Shown here: in pieces, positions 1 through 7,965 of the stretch
Numbering within the stretch: position 1 is the stretch's first letter
How the letters are laid out: each line of letters opens with the position of its first letter
Source of the DNA: an uncultured Novosphingobium sp.
Lineage (GTDB): Bacteria; Pseudomonadota; Alphaproteobacteria; Sphingomonadales; Sphingomonadaceae
Assembly (NCBI GenBank): GCA_964621355.1
Contig: CAZUOV010000010.1
Location: 4,364-68,363, forward strand
Reading direction: 5' to 3'
DNA: 64,000 bases
Made by a program: the position numbers and the translations under genes
Notes under the pieces: generated by a model
The model's input: only the letters and a program-made list of their open reading frames with translations
Told to the model about the DNA's origin: nothing
Database searches by the model: none

Positions 1-200
1 GTCACATCCTCCAGTTCGACACGGGGCGTCAGGATGTCCAGCACGACGAGGTCCGGCCTGACATCGGTCACGAACACCTTGTCGGCGGGCAGCGACAGGG
101 TGCGCGCCACGGCCCCGGCCAGCGCGGGCAGGTTGGCATTGTGAAGGCTGACGCCGCGCAGCCACACTTCGCGCTTTTCGAGAAGCTGGACGGTTGTCAT
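1..200 (-). CDS. Partial (5' end only) protein, possibly molybdopterin-binding/CinA-like domain family
   Basis: ATG at 200, 10 nt after the stop of the preceding minus-strand gene, open to the window edge: MTTVQLLEKREVWLRGVSLHNANLPALAGAVARTLSLPADKVFVTDVRPDLVVLDIL. Family call is from recalled similarity only. Confidence 0.5.
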   Translation of the reverse strand, partial: MTTVQLLEKREVWLRGVSLHNANLPALAGAVARTLSLPADKVFVTDVRPDLVVLDILTPRVELEDV

Positions 201-210
201 CAGGCCTCTA

Positions 211-1644
211 TCATGCGGCAAGGCCGCGCTGGCGCAGCCACTTCGGCAGGTAGACGTCCTCGACCTTGCGGCGAAGCTCGGGCGCGCGCGCCAGCAGGTG
301 CTCGCCCAGTTCGCGCGTGACCCGGAACGCGCCCGGCGTGCGGTCGAACACGATCACGTTCTTCGTGCCGCCTTCGCGGCAGGCCGTGGCGACCGCTTGT
401 TCCAGCGTCGGCCACACCCGCGCCTTGGCGCGCTCGAAATGCCAGTTGGTGGGATCGTTGAGCATCCACTTGTTCACGGTCTCGCCGACGACGTGGATCG
501 GGTAGTTGTCCCAGAGGAACGGCTGGGGCACGCCGCCCGCCATGTAGTTGATGACGATTCCCCTGATCGCCGCGTTCTTGCCCATGGTCAGCCCCGGTTC
601 GGCGCTGTCGTGGCGTTCGGCGGCGAGCAGCGAGAGGTTGTCGAGGTCCATGAAATCGACATCGGCGCACAGCATGTTGTCGAACGCGATCCCGCCCGCA
701 TAGCAATAGACGCCGCAGCCGTGATCGTCGAACACGACCACGCAGTCCTCGATCTCGCCGAGGATCTTCATCGCCATGCCGTAGTTGCGCATGATCCCGG
801 CGGCGAGGCGGCGGTCGAGCGCCTTGAGGTCGTTGTCCGCCTCGACGCTGGCCACGCCTTCCGACGTCGTGTCGAGCACCATGGTGCCGACATAGCGCTG
901 CTGGATGAAATCGCTTTCGAAGATGCAGCGCGAAACGATCTGTCCGGTGCGCGGGCCGAAGCCGAAATGATAGGCCGAGCGGGTTTCCAGCCGGGCGTAG
1001 GCCATTCCGAACGGCTTCATCAGCCGGTCGAGCATGCGGTGGAGATAGCCTTCCCGCATTTCCGTGACATGGGTGTGGATGAAGTAGGGCGCGTCGAACA
1101 GCTTGCGCGTGACATACATGTCGCCCAGCTTGGTATCGACCTTAGTGCCCGCGCCCATCTGGGGGCATTCCTCGACATCGCCGAAGCGTTCCCGCAGGCC
1201 GTAGATCTTCACCCAGTCCGGGTTTTCGATGTGGCCCATGGATTCGGCGATCCGCAGCCGCACTTTCGCCCCGCGCGTCTCGCGGACATGATCGGCGATC
1301 ACTTCGAGCATCGTCACATAGGCCATGCCGCAAAGCTGGAAGCCGTGCGGGTTGGCCAGCAGATTGACGGTGCGGCCCTGTTCGATCTTCGTCCAGTCCA
1401 TCGCCTGCGCGCGCGCCTTCGCCTGCCGGCGAACCTCGTCCAGCGAAGTCGGGCCGAGCAGGGGGTCTTCGGACCAGATCGTGCCGGGCAGGCCGGGCAT
1501 CAGGGCACGCACGGGCAGGGCCGTCATGCCCGGCAGGTCCGCCGCCCGCCGTTTCACGACCTCGGCGGGCCTGTGCTTGTGCCAGGTTTCATGAAACGCC
1601 GGGGGGCGCAGATCGTCGAGGAACGGAGTTGCGGCGGTCGCCAT
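211..1644 (-). CDS. Uncharacterised 477-aa protein, possible LarA/DUF362-like fold
   Basis: Start MATAATPFLDD overlaps the upstream stop (TGATG coupling at 1646-1642). Globular sequence with FDAPYFIHTH...RLMKPFGM segment and several Cys/His. Fold is inference. Confidence 0.65.
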   Translation of the reverse strand: MATAATPFLDDLRPPAFHETWHKHRPAEVVKRRAADLPGMTALPVRALMPGLPGTIWSEDPLLGPTSLDEVRRQAKARAQAMDWTKIEQGRTVNLLANPHGFQLCGMAYVTMLEVIADHVRETRGAKVRLRIAESMGHIENPDWVKIYGLRERFGDVEECPQMGAGTKVDTKLGDMYVTRKLFDAPYFIHTHVTEMREGYLHRMLDRLMKPFGMAYARLETRSAYHFGFGPRTGQIVSRCIFESDFIQQRYVGTMVLDTTSEGVASVEADNDLKALDRRLAAGIMRNYGMAMKILGEIEDCVVVFDDHGCGVYCYAGGIAFDNMLCADVDFMDLDNLSLLAAERHDSAEPGLTMGKNAAIRGIVINYMAGGVPQPFLWDNYPIHVVGETVNKWMLNDPTNWHFERAKARVWPTLEQAVATACREGGTKNVIVFDRTPGAFRVTRELGEHLLARAPELRRKVEDVYLPKWLRQRGLAA

Positions 1645-2294
1645 CAGCGCCTCTTCAGTTTGGCCATGTCGCCGAATTCCTTGTCGAGCGGGAATTCGGG
1701 GAACGTTTCGCGAATCTCTTCGGGCAAAGTGCCGTCCGGGCGCACATGCTGCCACAGCGTGGCGGATTCGCCATACCACTGGAAGCCGTTCTTGGGATTG
1801 CGCGGCGCATCGCCGTATCCGGCGCAGGCGAGCAGGTGCAGGATGGGGTTCATGCACAACTCGACGCAGCCGGTGCGCGCGCCGGTGGCGAGCGAGACTG
1901 CCTCGGGCGTATGCGCGCCCGCGACGATCGCGGCGGCGATTTCTCCCGCCTTGGTGTCGGTGCAGACGCAGATCTGCATCGTCCGGCCATAGCCGGCCTT
2001 GCGGCACAGCGCCTTCACGGCCTCATCGTTGGCGCCGACATATTCGAAGCCGACATCGAACGGCTCCGCCAGTTCGACCATCTCGATGGCATTGTCCTGG
2101 CATATCTCGACGCAGGCTTGCGCGTTATAGCAAGCCTCGGGCGCGAGCATCGCGATGTTGCGGCTCTTGCCCGGCTCGTCCGGGCGGCGCGGGCGCATGC
2201 CGATCGCGACGGTCGGGCAGACCTGCTCGCACAACCGGCAGCCGGTGCAGTTTTCCGGCACGATCTGCGCCACCATGCGGACACGTTTGGGCAT
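1644..2294 (-). CDS. Ferredoxin: 4Fe-4S dicluster domain fused to BFD-like [2Fe-2S] domain
   Basis: CTGCRLCEQVCP, CYNAQACVEICQ, then ICVC...GARTGCVELC; GGAGAGG RBS before ATG at 2294. Confidence 0.85.
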   Translation of the reverse strand: MPKRVRMVAQIVPENCTGCRLCEQVCPTVAIGMRPRRPDEPGKSRNIAMLAPEACYNAQACVEICQDNAIEMVELAEPFDVGFEYVGANDEAVKALCRKAGYGRTMQICVCTDTKAGEIAAAIVAGAHTPEAVSLATGARTGCVELCMNPILHLLACAGYGDAPRNPKNGFQWYGESATLWQHVRPDGTLPEEIRETFPEFPLDKEFGDMAKLKRR

Positions 2295-2342
2295 TCGTCC
2301 TCTCCCGGCCGGCACACTCGCGGAATCACTCGCTTCACTTAT

Positions 2343-2359
2343 TTACTGTCAGACAGTAA
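2343..2359. promoter_or_regulatory. Perfect palindrome, probable repressor operator between divergent operons
   Basis: TTACTGTC-A-GACAGTAA in an AT-rich patch. Confidence 0.6.
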
Positions 2360-2468
2360 GTCTCTGTGCAAGCCGAAACGCAGGGAAGTGGGCAGGCGAC
2401 AGGCTGCCGGTATCCAGTGGCGTGCCGCCTGATACGATAGCGCGCGGCGGGAAGGCCGAGGGGAGAGA

Positions 2469-3545
2469 ATGAAAGTCATTCAATGGTATACCGGATCAAT
2501 GGGGGCAATCCAGGTTGAGATGCTCCGCCGGGACGGGATTCACGATCTTGTCGGCGTCGTTGCCCATTCATCCGCGAAGGTCGGACTGGACGCGGGTGAA
2601 GTGGCGGGTATCGGCCATATCGGCTTGCCGATCATCGACGTCGAGGCGGGCCTTGCGCTGGAGGCCGATGTGGTTCTGATGAACGGAAACACGCTCCAGC
2701 CCGATCTGGTCGAACGCATACTGCGGTCCGGCAAGAACGTCATCACGATCTCCGGCGCCTATGACATGACGGGAGAGCCGGAATACAGGCAGCTTGAAGC
2801 CGCCGCGCGGTCCGGCAAAGTCACTCTGACGGGAGGCGGCAACATGCCGGGGCTGCTGAACGACGTCCTGCCGTTGTTCATGAGCGGCTATACCAGCCGC
2901 GTCAGCCGCATCTGGACAAGGGAAAGGAACTGCCACGCGGACTATCGGTCCAGAGCGACAATGGCGCAATTTTACGGCAATCCCATGCCGCCGCCGGAAC
3001 AGGTCGCCGCCATGATCGGCACGTCGTCCAGCACCGGCATTTATTACCAGTCGGCGAAAATCTGCGCGAAAGCCTTTGGTCTGGAACTCAGTGACTTCAA
3101 GCTGACCAACCATGAAGTTGCCGCCGCTCCTCACGATATCGTCATGCCGGGCACCGGCGTGTTCATTGCAAAGGGGACTGTCGCGGCGAGCCGTTACGAA
3201 TTTACCGGCTTCGTGGACGGTCAGCCATGGCATACCGTGGAAATGGAGTTCACGGCGGAATATGGGCTGGGGCCGCAATGGCGATCGGACGCGGACGAGC
3301 CGGAGTTCTTCGTGGAGGTCGATGGCGATCCGCCGCTTCGGGTCACATGGGGATGCGGCGGCCTGCTCAACCTGATTCGCCTCAACGCGGCGCGGATGAT
3401 CAACCTGATCGAACCGACCGTGGCTGCTGCGCCGGGCTGCCGCTCGATCCTGGAACTGCCGTGCGGCGCGGCGGGCGCGCTGGCGGGCAGCGCCATCAGC
3501 CCGCCCAGAACGATGATGCAGATGCGGGGCGGTATCTGCCGATAA
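2469..3545 (+). CDS. NAD(P)-dependent dihydrodipicolinate-reductase-like / amine dehydrogenase family protein
   Basis: KVIQWYTGSMG Rossmann start, KVGLDAGEVAG, ILRSGKNVI, GGGNMPG, VEVDGDP; GGAGAG RBS. Confidence 0.75.
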   Translation: MKVIQWYTGSMGAIQVEMLRRDGIHDLVGVVAHSSAKVGLDAGEVAGIGHIGLPIIDVEAGLALEADVVLMNGNTLQPDLVERILRSGKNVITISGAYDMTGEPEYRQLEAAARSGKVTLTGGGNMPGLLNDVLPLFMSGYTSRVSRIWTRERNCHADYRSRATMAQFYGNPMPPPEQVAAMIGTSSSTGIYYQSAKICAKAFGLELSDFKLTNHEVAAAPHDIVMPGTGVFIAKGTVAASRYEFTGFVDGQPWHTVEMEFTAEYGLGPQWRSDADEPEFFVEVDGDPPLRVTWGCGGLLNLIRLNAARMINLIEPTVAAAPGCRSILELPCGAAGALAGSAISPPRTMMQMRGGICR

Positions 3546-3613
3546 ATCGGCTGGAAGTCGTCTTCGGCGGCTTTTAAGCTGGCTGAAACGCGGGGCGGGG
3601 AGAGGCAGAGCTT

Positions 3614-4591
3614 ATGTTGCGGTTCGAAATGGCAATTCAGATCGATCCGGCGGAAGCGCTGGGAGAGGCAGTCCACACCTGCGTGACTGTCGTGGCGCCG
3701 GATCCGGGGAATATCCCGGATTCTCCGGTCGTCTGGTTCGGCTGGCCGGGCGGTGGATACAACCGCCGTTATTTCGACCTTCAATTGCCGGGCAGGGCTG
3801 GATACAGCCAGGCGGAATACCATGCCCGCCACGGCTCGGTATTCATCGCATGCGATCACGTCGGGGTCGGCGATTCCTCGATACCGGCATCCTCCCTCAA
3901 TCATTCGCAGATTGCGCGCATCAATGCCGCGACGGCCCGGCAGGTCATCGCGAAACTGCGCGAGGGTGGGCTGGATCCGCGTGTGCCGGCAATGCCCGCG
4001 CTTTTCCCGGTGGCAATGGGCCAATCCTATGGCGGGTTGCTGCTTACTCATCTTCAGGCCGAGCATGGTGTGTTCGCAGGTGTCGCCATGCTCGGCTGGA
4101 GCGGCATTTGCACTGCCGTCAAGGATGTCAGTGGAACGGAAGCCATGCCTTCGCCGGCGGAACTCAAGGGGCGCTCCGAACTGCTCGAAGGTCTTGCCCA
4201 TCCGTATCGCCGGTCATTCCATTTTGACGACGTGCCCGAAGAACTCGTTGCCGAGGATCTCCGGGGATATCCGGCGCGGGCCGGTGTCCCGGTTCCAGCC
4301 TGGGCGACGCCGCACATGCCGGGCGGACCGAATCTCGCGCCGGAGCGCGGGCCGCTCGGCCCGAACGTGGTGGTGGACGAGGCTGCCCGTATCGCGGTTC
4401 CGGTGTTTATCGGCAACGGCGAGATTGACACGGTGCCGGACCCGCGGGCCGAGCCGGCCGCCTATGCGGGCTCGCCGGATATCACCACCTTTATCCTGCC
4501 ACGCTCCGCGCACATGCACAATTTTGCCGGATCCCGCGAATTGCTGTGGGCCCGGCTGGAGAATTGGGCGCGCGGCATCAGGAGGGCATAG
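3614..4591 (+). CDS. Alpha/beta hydrolase
   Basis: DHVGVGDS, nucleophile GQSYG, GEID acid, HMHNF His. Confidence 0.8.
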   Translation: MLRFEMAIQIDPAEALGEAVHTCVTVVAPDPGNIPDSPVVWFGWPGGGYNRRYFDLQLPGRAGYSQAEYHARHGSVFIACDHVGVGDSSIPASSLNHSQIARINAATARQVIAKLREGGLDPRVPAMPALFPVAMGQSYGGLLLTHLQAEHGVFAGVAMLGWSGICTAVKDVSGTEAMPSPAELKGRSELLEGLAHPYRRSFHFDDVPEELVAEDLRGYPARAGVPVPAWATPHMPGGPNLAPERGPLGPNVVVDEAARIAVPVFIGNGEIDTVPDPRAEPAAYAGSPDITTFILPRSAHMHNFAGSRELLWARLENWARGIRRA

Positions 4592-4689
4592 GCCGCGATC
4601 GGCCGGTGCATGGCAGATCGCCTCGCCGAATCTGACGGGCTTGCGCGGGCTTTGTCGGAGGAGTGGGGCACTTACGTGCCACCTCCCAA

Positions 4690-4772
4690 CAAAAACCCCG
4701 CGCGATGGCGGGGCGGAATCCAAAGGTTGAATGGGAGGGTAGTGTCCCGATCCAAGGTGGTGCCGGGCTTCT
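4690..4772 (-). ncRNA. Candidate small RNA with C-rich anti-SD-like segment and intrinsic terminator
   Basis: Minus-strand CCCCGC-catcgc-GCGGGG-TTTTT terminator with no credible minus-strand CDS upstream; TATCAT -10 at 4784-4779; CCCUCCC motif. Confidence 0.55.
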
Positions 4773-4995
4773 GGCGGCATGATACGCCGCTCGTGCTTAA
4801 CGAACGGTTATGGCCACGGACCTTCGTGTCGTTACCGCTTGCCGCCAAATGATGGCTTTGCCGGAGGTGAAGCTGCCGATGCCCTGCCGGTTTCCCGGTG
4901 ACCAGAGTGCGTTCAAGGCGCGCGTGCGGAAAATCCGGCCGCCGCATGGCAGTCGATGCTTTTCTTTGCGGCGCGTTGCATTTAACGGACCAGCC

Positions 4996-6489
4996 ATGAG
5001 CAATTATCGCATTCAGGGCGCGACGGGTGAGTGGGAGGTCGTGATCGGCCTCGAAGTTCACGCGCAGGTCGTTTCGAAATCCAAGCTGTTCTCCGGGGCG
5101 GCGACGGCGTTCGGCGCGGAGCCGAACGCGCAGGTCAGTCTGGTCGACGCGGCCATGCCGGGAATGCTGCCGGTGCCCAACCGCGAGTGCATCCGCCAGG
5201 CGGTGCGCACCGGCATGGCCATCGACGCGCGGATCAACAAGTGGTCGCGGTTCGACCGCAAGAACTACTTCTACGCCGATCTGCCGCAGGGTTATCAGAT
5301 CAGCCAGCTCTATCACCCGCTGGTGGGCGAGGGTTCCATCGAGATCGCGCTCGATGACAAGGATCCCGAAAATACCAAGACCATCGGGATCGAGCGCATC
5401 CATGTGGAGCAGGACGCGGGCAAGCTGATGCACGATCAGCACCCGACGATGTCCTATGTCGATCTCAACCGTTCCGGTGTGGCGCTGATGGAAATCGTCA
5501 GCCGGCCCGATATGCGCTCTCCCGCTGAGGCGGGGGCTTATCTGCGCAAGCTGAGGACGATCCTGCGCTATGTCGGCAGTTGCGACGGCAACATGGAGGA
5601 AGGCTCCATGCGCGCGGACGTGAACGTGTCGGTGCGCAAGGCGGGCGAGCCGTTCGGCACGCGGACGGAGACGAAGAACGTCAATTCGGTGCGCTTCGTC
5701 ATGGCCGCGATCGAGCATGAGGCCAACCGGCAGGTGGATCTGCTGGAAAGCGGCGGCAGCGTGGTGCAGGAAACGCGCCTGTTCGATCCCGATACCGGCT
5801 CGACGCGCTCCATGCGGTCCAAGGAAGACGCGCACGACTATCGCTATTTCCCGGACCCGGACCTGCTGCCGCTGGAACTTGACGACGCCTTCCTTGAGGA
5901 TTGCCGCGCCTCTTTGCCCGAACTGCCGGACGTCAAGCGCCATCGCTATGAAACCGCGCTGGGCCTGTCCGCCTACAACGCGGGCGTGCTAACGGCGGAA
6001 GTGGAAACCGCCCGCTGGTTCGAGGCGCTGCTGGCCGCGGCCGCGAAAGCGCAGGGCAAGGACGAAGGGGCGGTTGCCAAGCAGGTCGCCAACTGGTTGA
6101 TGTCCGAGTTGTTCGGCGCGCTCAACCGGCTTGGCAAATCCTTGGCCGATTCGCCGGTGGACCCTGAAAAAGCGGCGGAATTGCTGGCTCTGGTTGCCGA
6201 CGGCACGATTTCCGGCAGCATCGCCAAGCAGGTCTTCGAAAAGATGCTGGAGACGGGTGACGGCGCTGCCGCCATCGTGGAGCGCGAGGGGTTGAAGCAG
6301 ACATCCGATACCGGCGCCATCGAAGCGGCGGTGGACAAGGTGCTGGCCGACAACGCGGACAAGGTGGAGCAATACAAGGGCGGGAAAGAGGCGCTGTTCG
6401 GCTTCTTCGTCGGGCAGACGATGAAGGCCATGCAGGGCAAGTCCAACCCGCAGGTCGTCAACGAATTGCTGAAGAAGAAGCTGGGTTGA
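4996..6489 (+). CDS. gatB: Asp-tRNA(Asn)/Glu-tRNA(Gln) amidotransferase subunit B
   Basis: [37 protein letters not shown]-terminal YqeY-like domain. Confidence 0.97.
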   Translation: MSNYRIQGATGEWEVVIGLEVHAQVVSKSKLFSGAATAFGAEPNAQVSLVDAAMPGMLPVPNRECIRQAVRTGMAIDARINKWSRFDRKNYFYADLPQGYQISQLYHPLVGEGSIEIALDDKDPENTKTIGIERIHVEQDAGKLMHDQHPTMSYVDLNRSGVALMEIVSRPDMRSPAEAGAYLRKLRTILRYVGSCDGNMEEGSMRADVNVSVRKAGEPFGTRTETKNVNSVRFVMAAIEHEANRQVDLLESGGSVVQETRLFDPDTGSTRSMRSKEDAHDYRYFPDPDLLPLELDDAFLEDCRASLPELPDVKRHRYETALGLSAYNAGVLTAEVETARWFEALLAAAAKAQGKDEGAVAKQVANWLMSELFGALNRLGKSLADSPVDPEKAAELLALVADGTISGSIAKQVFEKMLETGDGAAAIVEREGLKQTSDTGAIEAAVDKVLADNADKVEQYKGGKEALFGFFVGQTMKAMQGKSNPQVVNELLKKKLG

Positions 6490-6502
6490 CCGGAGGCTGC
6501 CG

Positions 6503-7495
6503 TCAGGCAGCATCCCCGGGCTGGCGATCCGCCCAGGCGAGCAGATCCCGCCGTGCCCAGACGAGCATCCAGACTTGCGGCTTGTATTCGCCTCGCTTGT
6601 AGAGCGCGGATCGGTCCGGGGCGAAACGGGTTGCATCGGCGGTCGCGGTGGAGTCTTCCCCCACGCGGAACAGCCTTGCCCCGGCATTCAGCGGTTCCCG
6701 GTCGATGAAGTCCAGTTCCGGGCTGATCCTGGCCAGTGCCGGATCATGCCACCAACTGCTGCTGATAACGCCCCGGATCGCAGGTTCGCGCGCCATAAGG
6801 CCCGCCAGCCGTCTGTAGAGCCGGACGTAGCCCGCCGCATCGAACGCGTCGATCAGGCGGCGGTCGAAATGCGTCTCGAAAAATGGGCGGAAACCTTTGA
6901 TGGGGATGCCAAGGAAACCCAGCCCGCTCAGGAACTGCCCCGGGCCGCCACGCAACAGGATGCGCCTGCTCACGCCGGAATGAAGATCGGCCAATTCCAC
7001 GCCGCAGGGCACCAGCTTGCCTCGGCACAGGGCAAAATCCTTGGCGAACAAGTCGTTGTCGAGGCGGTAGAACCGATTTCGCGGCGCTTCCATCGCGGAT
7101 ACCATGCGCGCGAAATGCCTGTCGCGATCCGCTGACACTTCGGGCGTCAGACGTGGATCGGGGCGCGACAGGCTGCGTTCGATCAGATTCAGCATCGCCA
7201 GGCGGTGATAATGCTCCAATGCCGCTTCGCCCGCGCGGGCCACTATGGCCGCGCCGATGCCGTGCGCTTCATCGGGTACGCGATGATAGGGAGCGAGCGT
7301 GGGCAGGGCATCGAAAGCGGCAAGATAGCGTGTGACAGGAAAGTCGTCCGTCAGCCCCGGGGCGCAGGCTTGCAATTCCGTTTCGATGGGTTGGCGCAGT
7401 TCGGGAATCCGCGCGAGCACGGCGTCACCGGATGGCGACGGAAAACGATCCGCCGGACGCTGCGGTTCGGCCCGGCGTGTAGGCGGCGGTTGCAA
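6503..7495 (-). CDS. Hypothetical protein, possible acyltransferase/GNAT-like C-terminus
   Basis: 330-aa ORF filling the gap after gatB; motifs NDLFAKDFALC and SSSWWHDPALARISP. TTG start uncertain. Confidence 0.6.
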   Translation of the reverse strand: MQPPPTRRAEPQRPADRFPSPSGDAVLARIPELRQPIETELQACAPGLTDDFPVTRYLAAFDALPTLAPYHRVPDEAHGIGAAIVARAGEAALEHYHRLAMLNLIERSLSRPDPRLTPEVSADRDRHFARMVSAMEAPRNRFYRLDNDLFAKDFALCRGKLVPCGVELADLHSGVSRRILLRGGPGQFLSGLGFLGIPIKGFRPFFETHFDRRLIDAFDAAGYVRLYRRLAGLMAREPAIRGVISSSWWHDPALARISPELDFIDREPLNAGARLFRVGEDSTATADATRFAPDRSALYKRGEYKPQVWMLVWARRDLLAWADRQPGDAA

Positions 7496-7611
7496 TAAGT
7501 GCCCCTTGCATTGGCCCTGTCCGTCGTGAACCTAGGGCTCAGAGCACGTGCGACCAATGGGTGTCGGCGTAATGTATTGTTGCTGCAACCGCGCCTCGCC
7601 CGTGCGCCGAG

Positions 7612-7914
7612 TCAGGCCCTGCGCGTGCCGCTCAGCGCGAAACTGCCGAATGCTCCCGCCTTTACGGTGCCGTTGATGGCATCGCCTTCGACCGCCGCCT
7701 CGCAATCGAGGCTGATCGGCATGGGCGACTTCATGTTCATTTTCCAGATCAGCCGGTTGCCGTCCACCTGGCCGCCGGTGATGTCCATCGAACCCATCAT
7801 CGGGTTGGAGACGTTGCCGGAAAAACCGTCGCCATCCACTTCGACGACGAACACGCCTTTCTGGTCGCCCATCGGCGTTTTGGTCACGACGTCATAGGTT
7901 CCGGCGACGCTCAT
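7612..7914 (-). CDS. Small hypothetical beta-strand protein
   Basis: GGAGAG RBS; MSVAGTYDVVTKTPMG...GAFGSFALSGTR, alternating beta pattern. Confidence 0.75.
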   Translation of the reverse strand: MSVAGTYDVVTKTPMGDQKGVFVVEVDGDGFSGNVSNPMMGSMDITGGQVDGNRLIWKMNMKSPMPISLDCEAAVEGDAINGTVKAGAFGSFALSGTRRA

Positions 7915-7965
7915 ATCCTGCTCTCCCTTGTGCCCGCCGGGCTTACGGACCGGGCAGCCGCGCTG

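Noticed and set aside
298..1992. Long antisense ORFs here and elsewhere (e.g. 35842-38298, 49243-51696, 54141-55868)
   Set aside because: Shadow frames of real genes, expected at high GC; no motifs.
211..2007. 598-aa ORF as listed in the track
   Set aside because: The first ~120 aa overlap the ferredoxin in another frame and are low-complexity; the coupled start at 1644 is better.
1644..2294. Ferredoxin as redox partner of the P450
   Set aside because: It is 60 kb away, in a different operon, and not a putidaredoxin-type [2Fe-2S] protein.
4610..4852. 80-aa plus-strand ORF before gatB
   Set aside because: No recognisable motif or clear RBS, and it crosses the terminator and promoter of the sRNA candidate.
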